From a virus: 64,000 nt of DNA. This document shows, piece by piece, positions 1-14,600 of this stretch. The translations under genes were made by a program, and so were the position numbers. The notes below the pieces were generated by a model that was not told the DNA's origin, ran no database searches, and worked only from the letters and a program-made list of their open reading frames with translations. Within the stretch, counting starts at the first letter, position 1; each line of letters begins with the position of its first letter. Location of the stretch: the UHGV virus genome UHGV-1351279. The stretch is one strand, 5' to 3'.

Positions 1-254
1 TACCTCCTACTAAAAAAGGTGGTAAACCAGTACAAGATACTGTAGAAGTGAATAAACAACTTGTTGAAAAATATCAAGAAGATTTTGATGCTTTAAACCC
101 TGATAGTGATAAGAGTATCTTTGATGTAAGTGATAATAAAGTTATAGAGTTCTGGAATAAATTTATAACAGGAATTTATAAGGATAAAGATAAAGAAGCT
201 CTCAACAAAGTTAAAATATTTTTTGGAACAACTGGAACAAGTAGAAGAAAGTAA
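1..254 (+). CDS. hypothetical protein, 5'-truncated at the window edge; the frame is open from nt 3, so the ATG at 48 is probably internal
   Basis: No stop in frame from nt 3 to the stop codon at 252-254. Sits in the same operon as the large + strand genes. Confidence 0.45.
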   Translation, partial: PPTKKGGKPVQDTVEVNKQLVEKYQEDFDALNPDSDKSIFDVSDNKVIEFWNKFITGIYKDKDKEALNKVKIFFGTTGTSRRK

Positions 255-256
255 TT

Positions 257-2668
257 ATGGGAAGATTTTATCAAACAGCTCAAAGCCAATTTGTAGATGG
301 GGTTTTTAAACCTGACCTACAATTGGCTATGAAAGCTCTTTTAAATGAGCAACAACAATATGACAATCAGAAAGCTGTTCTTGAAGAGTTTATGAATTTA
401 AAATTTAACCATTTAAACTCTGAAGAAGAAAATGAAAATGCTCGTATAGCTAAGGAATATTATATGCAGAATGCAGATGATATTGCTAAAGCTATGATGG
501 CTGATAAACAAAATTACCATAAATATATGGACAGAATAAAAGGTCTCAGAAGAGACCTTATTTCTGATTTTGAAGATGGTCCTATAGGTAAGATGGTAAA
601 TAACTATAATCAAGAACAAGCTTGGAAGAAAGAGAATGCAGGAATACTTAAAGAAAACCCAGCTTTATATAATGCTTTATTCTCAGAAGCAAGAAAAAAT
701 TGGGGGGGTAATTCTGTAACAGGAGGTGTATGGCAGCAAGAAAATGGTCTTAAAGCTTTTGACCAACAAGCTATAGAGAATAATATTCAGAAAATGGAAG
801 CTGATATTAAAAAGAACTCTAGACAAACTTCTAATGGTACTTGGATTTATGATGATGGGTATGAAGTAAAAGAACTTACAGAACAAGATATTAGAAACTA
901 TGCTGTAAATAAAGTTCTCTCTGACCCCTCTGCTATGGCTTATTTTAAACAATCAGACAGGTTAGGTCTTAGTAATTATCTCAATCCTGATGGTTCATTA
1001 AATGAGAATGGAACACTTTCTAATTGGTTAGATGCAATTAGGTCTTATGCTTATAGAAAAGAAGATACTTGGCATAAGATGAAAGCTGACCCTTATGGAT
1101 TAAAGAGTTATGGCTATGAGCTTCAATGGCAGAACAAGAAAAAAGAGATGGATTATAAGAATCAGCTTGAAACACCTATTATAGCTGTTAAAAAATCCTC
1201 TGATGCTTTACATGGTACACCAGAACAGTATCAAGATAAGGTTAAAGGTACAATGACTAAAATAGCAGAGTATAATAAAATACTTGCTCAATATGGTGGT
1301 GATGAAAAGAAAATACCAAAAGAACTTTTAAGAAACTTAAAGCCAACAGAAGAAGATAGAGAAATAGAAAGAGTTTGGAATAAACAAGTTAATAAAAACA
1401 TCTATGATGCAGTTGAGTCTGGAGCTATTTCTAAAAACTTCTTTGAGAAATACGGAGTAAATGTTGATAGAATTAAAGACCTCATGAACAAGGATAATAT
1501 TTCAGATAAAGAAATAAAAGAGCTTGAAAATAGCTTGAGTCACATGAGAAAAGTTTTCGAGACAAGCTATAAAGATGAACTAAAAGAAAACAAGTATAAA
1601 AATCAACAAAGTGTATTTTTTGTAGATGGTAAATATAGAAAAGTATTCCAAGACCAAGTCTTAGAAAAAGATTATACAGGTATAGGTGGTGGATTTGTAT
1701 ATAAACCAGTAAAATATTATATAGATGAATCTGGTAAAAGAATTGATATAGATGATTCAAAATTGTATAGACCTGAAGATTTATCTAATAAAATTTATTC
1801 ATCTGCAAAGGAACAGATGGCTCAAAACTATAAAAACCAAAATAGAGCTATTACAACTTTTACAGTACCTATAGATTGGAAAGATAAAAAACTATCTGAA
1901 CTTAAAAATGTTTTAGGTAGTAATACTAATGCTCTACAAGATTTTGTAGAAGGTAAAGTAAGACAACAAAATGGTAGAGATATTCTAAGTAGTGGAAAAC
2001 AAGGTGAAATAGAAAGGTTTTGGTTTTGGGACACTAATTTTAATTCTTTTGTTGAAGCTGCTAAAGCTGTAATGAAAAATGGAGATGCTAAAGATATATT
2101 TGACCCTAACTTCTTTTCTTGGGAATATGTACCTGGTACAAATGGACAAGAATATCAAGTTACTATAGCAAGTAATGAAAGTGTAAAAGGCAATGTAGAT
2201 AATGGTAGAACTTCTTTTAGAATCAGAGCTAAAGGTATATCTTCAAATATAGACCAAGAATACTCAAAACAATACTATAGAACTGATTTACCTGAAGAGG
2301 ATAAGCAAGCTTTACTGAAACAAAACCCTTTTAGACAAAACTTCTTAGCTAAAAGTATTGAAAATTTTGGAGAAACATCTGATATAGGATATGGTAAATC
2401 TACTGTGGATTATTCAAATGTATTGCCAGGTTTTAAAGCTGATATAATTAAACAAAGAAGTAAAGATGAAGGTGGTGTATATCATGATTATTATGTGATA
2501 AAACCTAATTTTTCTAATGAAAACCTAAACAATCAAGCAAGACAAGTTTTTGGTGATGGCTATGCTGTAACTAATCAACAAGAAGCAGAAGAAATATTTG
2601 GTCTTTTTTATGATGGTATAGTAAATAGAGACCAATCAAGTTTAAATGTTTTAATGAATAAAAAATAA
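257..2668 (+). CDS. hypothetical large protein (803 aa), probably virion-associated
   Basis: Long uninterrupted ORF whose stop lies 1 nt before the next start (TAATATG junction). No catalytic motif recognised. Confidence 0.6.
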   Translation: MGRFYQTAQSQFVDGVFKPDLQLAMKALLNEQQQYDNQKAVLEEFMNLKFNHLNSEEENENARIAKEYYMQNADDIAKAMMADKQNYHKYMDRIKGLRRDLISDFEDGPIGKMVNNYNQEQAWKKENAGILKENPALYNALFSEARKNWGGNSVTGGVWQQENGLKAFDQQAIENNIQKMEADIKKNSRQTSNGTWIYDDGYEVKELTEQDIRNYAVNKVLSDPSAMAYFKQSDRLGLSNYLNPDGSLNENGTLSNWLDAIRSYAYRKEDTWHKMKADPYGLKSYGYELQWQNKKKEMDYKNQLETPIIAVKKSSDALHGTPEQYQDKVKGTMTKIAEYNKILAQYGGDEKKIPKELLRNLKPTEEDREIERVWNKQVNKNIYDAVESGAISKNFFEKYGVNVDRIKDLMNKDNISDKEIKELENSLSHMRKVFETSYKDELKENKYKNQQSVFFVDGKYRKVFQDQVLEKDYTGIGGGFVYKPVKYYIDESGKRIDIDDSKLYRPEDLSNKIYSSAKEQMAQNYKNQNRAITTFTVPIDWKDKKLSELKNVLGSNTNALQDFVEGKVRQQNGRDILSSGKQGEIERFWFWDTNFNSFVEAAKAVMKNGDAKDIFDPNFFSWEYVPGTNGQEYQVTIASNESVKGNVDNGRTSFRIRAKGISSNIDQEYSKQYYRTDLPEEDKQALLKQNPFRQNFLAKSIENFGETSDIGYGKSTVDYSNVLPGFKADIIKQRSKDEGGVYHDYYVIKPNFSNENLNNQARQVFGDGYAVTNQQEAEEIFGLFYDGIVNRDQSSLNVLMNKK

Positions 2669-2669
2669 T

Positions 2670-5600
2670 ATGGAAAAACCAAGTAACAATGATAAAAAAG
2701 TAGCTTTAAATTCTTTATTTAATGCTATTGATAGAACTGTACAAGAAGATAGTAGAAAAAGAGTTGGTGGTCATAAAACAGTTAGAGACCTTGAAAAAAC
2801 TTTAGGTATAAAAGCTAACTCTATATCTACTTATAATGACCAAATGTCAGAAGTAAAAAGACTTGTTGGTGCTGATGCTTTTGTAGATACAGGAATAGAC
2901 TATACACAAAATCTTGCAGCTAACCAATCAGACTCTGAAGCTTTTACAAGAGGTGCTGCAATGCTTGGTAAAGGATTTGTTTCTGGAGCTTTACAAAGCT
3001 TTGCTTCATGGGATTTTGGTTCTATAAGAGATATGGCTACAGGAGATACCTCAAAGGAATTTGGAAATGCTCTTACTGAATCTTCATTAGCTAAATGGGC
3101 TAAAGACATGACAGGTTTAGAAATATACCAAAATGGAGATGATTTTGGTTCTTCTAAATATTGGGCAAGATTTATAGGACAACAAGGATTTACTCTTGGT
3201 ATTATGGCTGAAATGGCTTTAGAACAAGGTTTATTAGCCTATGTTACAGGAGGTGCTGGTAATGTTGCTGGAGCTGCTTCTAAGTCAAGATTGATATATA
3301 ATTTACTTACAGGAGTTAATGGTCTTTATGGAGGTGTTAGGGAAGCTTGGATGAATGGTTTAGAAACACAAGAGAATACATATAATAAGTATATACAATT
3401 AGGATTTGACCAAGAAACAGCTAAAAAAAGAGCTTCTGAAGCTGCTGCCATAGGTTTTAGAATGGAAGTAGGTCCTATAATGCTTCTTAATGGTATACAA
3501 TCAATGGCTACTTTTGGTAGATTTGCTTCTAAAGGTTTAAATAAGGCTTTAGAAGAAAGTATGGATTTTGGTGTGTCTAGTGCTGTAGGTAAGTTAGGAA
3601 GTATATTTGAAAAATCAAGTAATAAATTTGTAAGAAATGCGGGAATGCTTTTTACAGATTCAGTTTCAGAAGGTGTAGAAGAAGGTTATCAAACTTGGGC
3701 TGGTAATTATGCTCAAGATGAATTACAAAAAAGGCATCTTGGTTTTGGTACAGATGAACCTTTTTGGAATGAAGAAATGAGAGACTCTATTCTAATGGGT
3801 GCTTTATCTGGAGGTATGATGGCTGGGTTTGGTAAAGCTGTACAAAAATTTGGTGATTGGTATAGTGGAAGAAGTAAAGCTATTAATGAAGCTACAGAAG
3901 CTTTCATGAAAGATGTTACAAGTAATTCTGTAACAGCTATAAAAGAACTTAATGATGCTTCTTTAGCTTATCAAAAAGCCTTTGAAACTTATAATAAAGA
4001 TAAAACTAAAGATAACAGAAAAGCTATGAATGAAGCTAAGAAAAACCTTATCATAGCTCAAGAAAAACAAGGTACAGCTCAAGTGTTAGAAGCTATGGAG
4101 TTGGACCATTTAAAAGGTAATGAGAATAATGAAGTATTTAATGCTCATATAGAACAGATAGATAATGCTATAAAAGCTCTACAATCCAATGACACTGATA
4201 AATTAAAAGGTCTTGGATTTATAGATGAAAATGGTCAATCTGTAACAGGTCTTACTAATGCTGAAATGATAAAAATGCTACAATCTGATAAGGATAAAGC
4301 ATTAAAAACTAAGAAAAGATTTGAAGACCATTACCAACATACTACTACAGACTTAGGTACTATTAAAAAATTAGTAACTATTGAAACTAAGATAGATACC
4401 TTTGAAGAAATGAAAAAAGAAGTTGAAGGTAAGATTGGTAACTACAGAAATGGTAATCAAGTTTACTCTCAACTCTCTGAAGATGGTAAAGAACTTTATG
4501 GCCTTTATTTGAGAAAGAATGCTCTTGAAGGTCTTAAAGAAAGGGGAGGTATATCTAAAAATCAAGAAGTAGAACTTGATACTATTAATCATAAATTACA
4601 ATCTATAGCAGATGCCAATGGTAAGAAAAATGTAAATGATTTATACTCTGTTCAAGATGCAAATATTTTGAGGAGAGACATGATAGGTATACAAGCTCAA
4701 CAAGAGAATTATATAGAACATTATGCTTATGAGACTGAAATAGATAAGTTATATGAAAGTCTTGAGCATAATAGCAAGCAAGATGTCATAAAACAAAATA
4801 TAAAAGAAAGAAGAAAAGCTCAAAGAGAAGCTGCTAAAGCTGTAAGAGATTTTAATAAACTTGAGAGAGAGCAAGAAAAAGAAAGAAAAAGATTAGAGAA
4901 AGAAAAAGCTAAAGCTAAGAATAAAGAAGAGAAAGAGAAAGCTCAGAAAGAAATAGATGAGTTAGCTAAGGAACAAAAAGAAACTCAAGAGAAAAAAGAT
5001 AAAGCTCAAAAAATAGAGTCTATAGAGAATGAGACAGGTAATAAAGCTTCTGATACGGAGAAAGAAGAACTTATAAATAATGGAAACTTTATATATGCAG
5101 AGGAAGATACTGCATATAAATTTGATTTTGAAGAAGGGATTGTACCAGAAGAACCTACTAAAGAACCTACTGAAACTACAGACAATGCAGTAGAAGAAGC
5201 TATGAGTTTAAAAGAACTTATAGCTAAAGGGTTAATAAAATTAGGAGTACCTACACCAGCTGATGTATCCCCTTTTGATGATGATGGTGTAGATATTGAT
5301 GCTAATAATGAAGACTTTGCTTTTACTCCTATAGATGATTCTGAACCTGTAATATATACAGAACCTTTTGAAATTATAGATTTTGATGCTAATGCTAATC
5401 TTGAAGGGGATTTTGAAAGTAGGAGAGAAACTGCTATAAAATTTGTTCAAGAGATATTAAAAGAATTAGGATTAGATGAACCAGATTTTGAAGACTATAT
5501 AAAATACTTTATAGATAGAAAAGGTAAAAAAATTACTGATGATGTGTTTCCTGGTCTTGTAAAAATGTGGGAATTAGCAGGCTATAGTCTTGATAATGTA

Positions 5601-8600
5601 AATTCAGTATATGATAAATTCTTCAATACTGCTACTGCTGCATCAGATTTTGCTTTAGAACTTATGAATAATGGAACTCTTGTCAACAAATTTAATGAGG
5701 GTTCAGAAGCTACTGCTATAGCAAGTCAAGCTCCTGTAATAGCTACTAAAGGTAATAAAGTAATTAGAGATGATAGAGGAACATTAGGAGCTGGATTAGA
5801 AGTTATAGAGGATACAGCTACAGAAAATCCTAATCCTAAAGCAGCTCACTTAGGAGTGAAGTATGAAACAGTAACTCTACCTAATGGTGTTAAAGCTAAA
5901 AGATATTCTGAAGTAGAGCTTAATAATGACCCTTTTATAGATAATCATCTTGTACTTGATAAAGACTTTTTAAGTCCAGGAAGAGTACTTGATGTTAGAG
6001 TAGCTGAAGATGCTTTAGTTACTGTATGGGATAAAGACTCAAATGGTAATAAGATAAAGAAAACTGTAAAATTTAAAGACTTAGGATTACAACCAGGTAC
6101 TCCAGAATATAATGCTAAAGTTCCTATAGTAGCTTACTATGGGGATAAACCTGTATTCTTTTTACATGACCATGAGTGGTATAATAGAACTAATATCTCT
6201 AATAGACATGGTATGCAGGACCAAATTATTAAAGATGGTTCAAGAATGATTAATGAGGTAAGAAGACAAATATTAGAAGGAGGTAAAACTCAAATCAAGA
6301 TTACTGACAACCTTTTTGGTAATATGCTAAATTTAAGTAATGCTGCAAGAGAAAAAGACCAGCAACCTATAACTTTAAATGAAGCATCTAAAGGTTCTCA
6401 AATAGTAATTGCTGAAAAAACTAATACTATAAAAGCTGGAGGTGAGTTAGTACCAACAACAGACTTAGTCAATGACTTTGAGAAAAACCCTTTAATTCCA
6501 GGTGCTGCCTATGAGATAAGAGAAATAGGTGATGGTAAAAAAATATTACTTTCTGTAGCTTCTAACAGAACAGGAGAACTTGACAGTATGCCTGATATAG
6601 GATATAATACAGTTAAGTTCGGGATTATTGCTGCCTTTTATTTACTAAATAAAAATGACAGTAGATTTGAAAGTACAACAGCAGGTATTACTAAAAAGAA
6701 TAATGTTGTACACCCTACTATTGAAATAAAAAATGCTGATGGTACAGTTGAAAAAAGGATAGTAACTGTAAAACAAAAGCTTGAAAGTATGGGTATGACT
6801 GAAGATAAGGCTAAAAAAATAGCTGATGCTATACATATTGCTTATGGTATAGATATCTTAGAAGATGCTCATCTTTTATTTGAACTTTTCACTACTACAG
6901 CAACAGGAAAAACAAGTAAACAACAGTTTTTCCAAAATGCTACTAATCCTAATAATAAACAAAAAGTAATATTACTACCTAAGAAAAGTTCAGAAGGTAA
7001 AATATCAGTTAATTATCATGTAAAAGGGTATAGTACTGCACCTGTAACTCTTAGTGGTAAAAACCTAAATGCTATTGAAATGAAACTTAATGTAAAGCCT
7101 GATGACCAGGAAGGTTTTATAAGTTTCTTTAATTTCATGAATGCTTTGTTTAGACCCTCTAAAGAAGACGCAGAAAAAGGTATTACTAAAGGTGCTTTTT
7201 CTTATAATAACTTTATGCCTAATGATAAACAATTAGGCTCAGAAAAAACTTTAGTAAATATAACCAACAATGGAGAAATTACATCATACCAATCTACTAA
7301 TGGAAACAGCACTTACTCAGATTTTGCTAAAGACACTTTAAAAACAAATATTAAATCTTTTGAAATAGAAGGAGCTGATGGTAATAAAAAAAGTATATTA
7401 GATATACAACCTATGATTTATTATGAAGTAGTAGATGGTGAAGTCACTGCACCTCAAGCTACTTCAGCACCTAATGTAACTCCTATTACTCCTACTATAA
7501 CTCCTCCAAAACAAGAAGTTAATGTAGGTCAAGTAGTAACTGCTGCTAAAGAAGAGGGTGAGCAATCTGATTTTACTAAGAGAAAAGCTGAAGCATTAAA
7601 ATCAGTTGAGGAAATGAAAAAACTTATAGGTACTGAAGTAGGAGGTAAAATTTTTACTGAAGAAATGTATAAAAATGCTTTAGATTTTGCACTTTCTGAG
7701 TTTAATGAAGACCATGATGCTTCTGTATCTATAACAATGAATCAGTATCATCTGATTCAATCCACTAAGAATAATAGAATTGATGGTATCTCTATATTAG
7801 AAGAAAATGAATTACTAAATACTTTGTTTTATAGTACTCTTGAAAGAGTTAATTTAAATAAACATGAGGTAACTCTTAGCAGTATTCAAAGGTCTTTATA
7901 CAATAGCTTAAAAATAATTGAAGAAAGTAAAGAGCAGTTTGAAATTATGGCTAAAATAAACCCTGTATTAGCTTCAAGAATGAGTGCAAGGGTTGAAAAA
8001 CTAAAAGCTATACTTAATCAAAAAGAGAAACTTATAGGTAAAGATGGTTCTCTAATGATTATGCTTAATAGGTTTTTTGGTGAAGAGATTGAATTTAATG
8101 AAGAAGCTCTTGAAGATAGTGATGAAAGTATTATATCTATACAAGATGGAGATGGTACTGAAAAGAACTATTCTGAATCCTCTTTAGAAAAAAATGTAAA
8201 GATAACTTTTAGTAGTAGTCTTAAAATCCTTTTAGCTCGTGTAAAAGCTAAGAACAATCAAGGAACTAATAAACTTAACTCACTACAATTACCTATGTTT
8301 GAAGACATAGACAATGTAGTTATGACTTTACAGGAAGTATTAGTTAAGGGTAATTCTGACTTTGATTTTGTATTACAAGAATTAAAAAATAGAGGTAAAT
8401 CTACAAGACCTAATGCTCAAGTATATGCTGAGCTACATAGGTTATTTGCTGATGCTCCAAAGCACATACAAAATGAAATTTTGTATAAAATGACAAGTGA
8501 TGTTCTTAGTATGTATATGATTCTTATGCAAGAAGGAGCCTATAATAATTACACTAAACTTGCTTTACAGAATGCTAATAGTTCAGCTTCTGATATTAGA

Positions 8601-11600
8601 CTTGTTAGAGAATGGAAAAACAACTTTTTAAACTCTGAGCTATTCTTTGAGAAAGATGGTGAAAAGTATTATAACATGGAAAGGGTTGATCTTTTGAATA
8701 AAGAGATTAATAGCCTAAGAAATGACTATAAAGAACTATTAGTTGATAACCCTGAACATGTACAGAAACTTAATAGTGTATTAAGGAAACTTGGAATAAA
8801 CCTTTCTGAGAATACACTAAAAGAACTTCTATCTACAGAAGGTAATAATTTATTGAGTAATGTTGGTTCTTTAAGCCACATACAAAGAGTGTTATATGAA
8901 GTAAACAGTTTTTATCAAACACCAAGAAAAGACCCTAATACAGGTAAAGAAATACATATTAACCCTAAATATACAGATGAAGGTTTATCACTTTATGATG
9001 TTGAAGCTACTAATATAAGAAATAATTATGCTAACTTAGAGATTGATTTAAATGGTTCTATAATAGAAAAATCTTATAGGGTAGCAGGAAAGACTATTCA
9101 AGGTACTATACAAAAAATGATGGCTTATGATGCAGTATTTGAACTTAAAGATAGTAGTAACCCTAAAGCAGAACAATTATTACAAGTACCATATTCTTCA
9201 AGAAACTATATGCTTAGAATGATGGTTCCTGAAGATAGTAAAAAAGAAGATAGTGTTAGAAAAGCTGAAGAAATTAGAAATAGATTTGATATAGGATTTG
9301 TATCTCTTGAAGCTATTAAAGAAAGACATAAGAAAACATTTGGAAGTAGGAAAATTACAGATATTCCAGATACTGATAATGTATTAGCTCAACTTGGTTT
9401 CTTTCAAAATACAGTAAAGAAATTAACTCATAAGATACCTGGTTACAAGAGTTTATCTTTTAGATTAGCTAAAGTAATGAACCCAACTCTTTCTGATAAA
9501 AACCAAATGTTACTCTATGACATGGCTGTTGTAGATGTAACTAACTCTGTATTGTCTAATACTTTTGCTGATAAAGGTAATAAATATAATATAGGAGAGG
9601 ATTTATTAAACTTTCTTACAGACCAAATATTTGAATCAGAACTTGATAGAATCATTAGTTCCTTTAAGGAAAAGACTAATATAAAGAAGTATGATAAAGC
9701 AGCTCAATTCTTTTTAGCTTTCCCTGGTTTCAATACATTAGAACTCACTATGGAAGATGGTACTAAAATGTCCCTTATAGAGTTCTTACATATAAATAAA
9801 GGATTAGCAAAAGGTGAAGAAAATATAGCCATAAAAAGACCAGCTATAAGAGAAGCAGCAAAACAGTACTTAGCAGACCTTGTAAAAGAGAAGGTTAAGG
9901 ATAAAGTAAATTTTGACAATAACACAGGAGAATGGTTTGATAATAACTTTATTAGTTTTGATGAGAAAGGAGTAAATTTTGAGAATAATTTCCTTGATGA
10001 TTCATACCTTGCATCTAAGGTAAAAGGTTCTCCTGAAAAAAGTGTTGAGGTAGCAGCTTATGATTTTGTCATAAACAACATGTTAGCTCAAAATAATGTC
10101 TATCAAATGATAGCTGGAGATACAGCTTTATATTCTGAAAACCCTTCAAAATTTGCAGATAAAAAAGAGCCTAAAAACATAAGTAAGATAGACTTTGTAG
10201 GACTTGCTAAAAAAACTGCTGAAAATATAGATAAGCGTATGGCAATGTTAATAGCTCCAGGAAATAAATTAGCTAATAGTTTGCATGAGAAATATCTTCA
10301 AATTATGGTTAATGACCCTGTAACTATTACAAGTACTTCAAGACAACTCATAAAACAATACTATGGTGAGGTTACAAAAGAAAATGAACAGGTTATAGCA
10401 GCTATTGAGGAGTTTGAAGAAAAAGCTGAAAAAGCAAGAGGAGTGTATCTTGATGAATTAAGAAATGAATATAATAACAAGTATGTAAAAATCAATGATA
10501 AATTTGTATCAGTTGATAGTGATGGTGAAATACACTATTCAGACTCAATAGAAGCAGCAGAATCTTTAGGAAAAGTACTTAAAGGTGTTGATGGCTATCA
10601 AACCTTTTTAAAGGAAAATAATAAGGAAATAGGAGACTATTTTGATATAGAGGGTACAGATGCACAGGAGCTTACTACATGGCAGGAACACTTAGATATA
10701 TTACTAAGACAAGGAAGACTTACTGAAGAAGAAAGAAATGATATAAAAGCAGTATATGATAAACTTTCTAAAGGTGAGACCTTAGATTCTAAGGAACTTA
10801 AAGTGGTAATGCAACCTATAAAACCTGTATATGCAGGAAGTACTATAGTTAGAAATGATAAGAATGAACCTATAGTAAACAGAGTTACCTATATTAAGTC
10901 ATCTTCTTTTCCATTATTACCACAGCTTACAGCAGGTCTAAAGATAGATGCTGTGAGAAAACACATGGAAAAATTACAAGAACACCATAAAGGTAATAGG
11001 AAAGTAAGGCTATCCTTCCAAACAGCAAATAAAGTAGGTTCTATTGATTCTACTCTATCTATACATGACCTTTATAATAAAACATTTGATGAGCTATTCA
11101 ATAAAAGTACTTTACTTAATGATAATACTTTAGAGCTTGAAAGGAAACATTTTAAGATACAGCAGGATACTCCTTACAAGACAGATAAAAATATGGCTAA
11201 AGGTAAAGATGATTCTATTATTATGGGTTCTCAGATGTGGAAGATAATCTTAGGAAATGGTATCAATAAAATAGAAGAAGCTATATTTCCTAATACTTTT
11301 GATGCTGCTATCATTAATGAATATAACTCTCAAGTATCTGAGAAAGATAGGGTAGTTATAAACAGTACTAAGAGTAATCTTACAGGTAAAGACCTTGATA
11401 AAATAAAGAGTTATGTAGAGAATAAGTACATAAGGAATGAGAAAGATAAACTTTATAGACAATTAGGTTTAGACCCTGAGACTAATAGACCAAAAGATGA
11501 AGCAAAGTTCATGAAAACTTTGCAAGAACTTCTTATATCTGAAGCTAAGAGTAGAAATTATACTGATGGTCTTTTAGATGGCTTAGAAGTATTTGAAGAC

Positions 11601-14600
11601 TTAGAAAAGATAGATTTTAATATTCCTTTATGGTTATCATCAGGAAGTAATAAATTTGAAGCTTTACTTCAAGCTATCATATCTAACAGATTGATTGTGT
11701 TGAAGTTACCTGGAAACTCTCACTATACTTCCTCTTCTGAAGGTTTTAGCTTTAGAAAAGAAGATATAGTATCTTTAGAATCTATCAATGAAAATAAGAA
11801 GTCTGGAATAGTATGGTTAGACCCTAATCATACAGGAGAGTTAAGAGCTACTACTAATGAGAATGGAACTCTAAAAGAAGCTGAAGTGCTAATTCAAAGT
11901 AAGTTTAGAATTACTAAGGAAGATGGTACTACAGAGCTTATAGATTTAACTAAAACTCCTTATAGTGAAGAAGATAAAGCAACAGGTAAAAAGGTATTAA
12001 ATAAAGAAATGATAGACCAGGCATTACTCTCTATGTTTTCTTTCCGTATACCTACTTCATCACATCAGTCAGGAGCTATACTTAAAGTAGTAGGTTTCTT
12101 ACCTGAAGCAAGTGGAGACTTAATTGTAGTACCTAAAGAACATACTAAACAAATTGGGGAAGACTATGATATTGATAAGAGAAATATTTATAAGTCTAAT
12201 TATGTAGTAAGAGAAAATGGTAAGATAGAGAAACTTACTTCAGCTAATATTGAAGAAATAGTAAAAAAGAAGACTAAGAACTTACAGACACAAATTGATG
12301 CTTTGTATGATGCTGTTGGTAAAGAGTTTGCTAATAATAATAAAGTAAATGAAGATTTATCTTATTTAAGTATAGATGAACTTAGAGATATGGTTTATGA
12401 CGTCTTTGGTATAGATTTAGATGAAGAAGGTATTATAGATGATAAAGAGGTAAGAAAAGTTGCTAAAGAAAACATACTTAAAAAGAATGCTGAAAAGATT
12501 AAGACATTACATGATAGCAAACATAAATTACAGTGGAATAAATACTTTGTAGAAAAAACAACAAGAGAGAGCTTAGAAAAGAAACTCCTTGAAAATGCTA
12601 TGATTGATGTTTATAAGTCTGTATATCTAACTACTAATGATAAAGTACAAAAGAAGATAAATAAAGTTTTGTCTTTTGAAGTAGCTGGAGAAACTGCTAA
12701 ACTTATAGATAAGAAACTAAACTCAATGGAAAGTACTAAGTACTTTACTATATATGATGATTCTTATCAAAGGAAACTTATGAGATTAGGTTCTACAGGT
12801 AAATTAGGTATCTCTGTACATAGTAACACTGTAACTTTCTTATCTCAAATACAGAGGTTAGATAAACCTATTATAGTTAAGAGAACTGTTTATGATGAAA
12901 AAGGTAAACCCAGACTTGTAAACAGTGAAATGGAACTTGATGGTTTACCTTCTGATGGTACTTTAGGAGGATTTAATAATGAGTTCAAAACCCTTGATGG
13001 TATGAGACTTATTTCAGATGTAGTTGGAGAGAACCAAAACTCTGCTACAGATAATGTGAAAGCTCAAATCATGGGTAAGAGAAATGAAAATGCTTATACT
13101 ATTAATGTACTTACAATGCTTAATCTTAGAGGTTATGACATGACTAAGAATCCTGTAACATTAGATAATGGTAAAAAGCAACATTTACAGCTTACTTCTT
13201 TATTCTTATCTCAACCTATTCTTAGAAGATATGTGGAGTTACAAGAGAAGTATAAGTCTCTTACTTCTGGATATGTAAAAGATAAAGAAAATGAAATTAT
13301 AAGACAACTTATAAGAGAGTTTGATATTATAATTCCTGATAGTACTTTAAATAAGTTCAATAATGAAGGTGTTATTTTTAATGAAGAAGAACTCAGAATA
13401 CATGAAAAACAGATAACAGGTCAAGGTTTATACAATGGTCTTATAGATAATAAGAACACTCAAAATACAACTATGCAACTTGCTGTATTACAAACATTCT
13501 TAAATCTTAAAAGAGAATCTGAAGAAATAGGTGAATATCAGAAACTGATAAGTATGAACTCTACTAAACTTGGTATATCTTATTTCAACACCTTAGATAG
13601 AATAGAGATTTTAAGAAAATTGAATAATGAACAAAAGTTTGAAAATATCCAAAGCCTTGTAGGTGATTTTGAAGTAGTAGATTTTGACCTTCCTAATGAA
13701 GTAATTAAAGAGAGAATAAGAGAACTTAAAGATGATGGTTATGTATTGTTTAATTACATTACTCCTATTGCTATAAAGCCAACAACACCAGAAGGAACTA
13801 TGCTTATACACAGTTTGAAAACTTCTGAAAGTGTTTTTGATAAGTTGTATCCATATAAAAGTGCTACTGTAAAAGATATAATTGAAAAAATAACTGAGAT
13901 TGCTGGTAAGACAGACCTTAGAGGAGAGGCTTTAAATGATTTGAGATATACTATAATGCAGGAGTTTAAAGAGTTTATATACTCTTCTAAGAACAGTGGA
14001 TTATTTGAAGATGCTACAGTAAGAGAAGAAAGGGAAAGATTATTCTTTGACAGAGCAGGTAATGAATCTTTGGCTTCTTTTATAAACAGACTTCAAAAAA
14101 TGGACAATAACTTCCTGAAGAATAATGAGTTTATAAGAAGTTTACAAGCTGATGTAAGTCTTACAGGAGGTGTATCTACTATAAAGAACCTTTTTGAAGA
14201 GATGGATAAGTTCTCTCAAAGTAATAGATATAATGATTACTTGAAGATGCTTCAAGACAATGACACTATCATAGGAGAATGGAATGGTTATAAAGTAACT
14301 CCTTTCCAATTAGCTCAAGAATTAGCTACTTATGCTTACTTTGCTGACCAAGAAGGGGGTGCTACAGGGTTTAGAAATAACATCAATGCTAATTATCTTA
14401 ATGTTATAGGATTTTCTAAATATCTCAGAGATGTAAATAATGAAATATTTGGTACTATAGTTACTGATGCATTTTCTGATAAATTTGTGGAACAATTCTT
14501 TCAACATAATCCTGACCAAGCTATAACCCTTAGTCAAGATAAGTTAAAGAAACTTATAGGTGCTAAGGACAAGTTTGAAAGCATACTTATAAATAAAGGT

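Noticed and set aside
257-2668. Portal protein assignment for the 803-aa protein
   Set aside because: The size is compatible, but I saw no portal motif, and its position right before the ejected-protein block argues against it.
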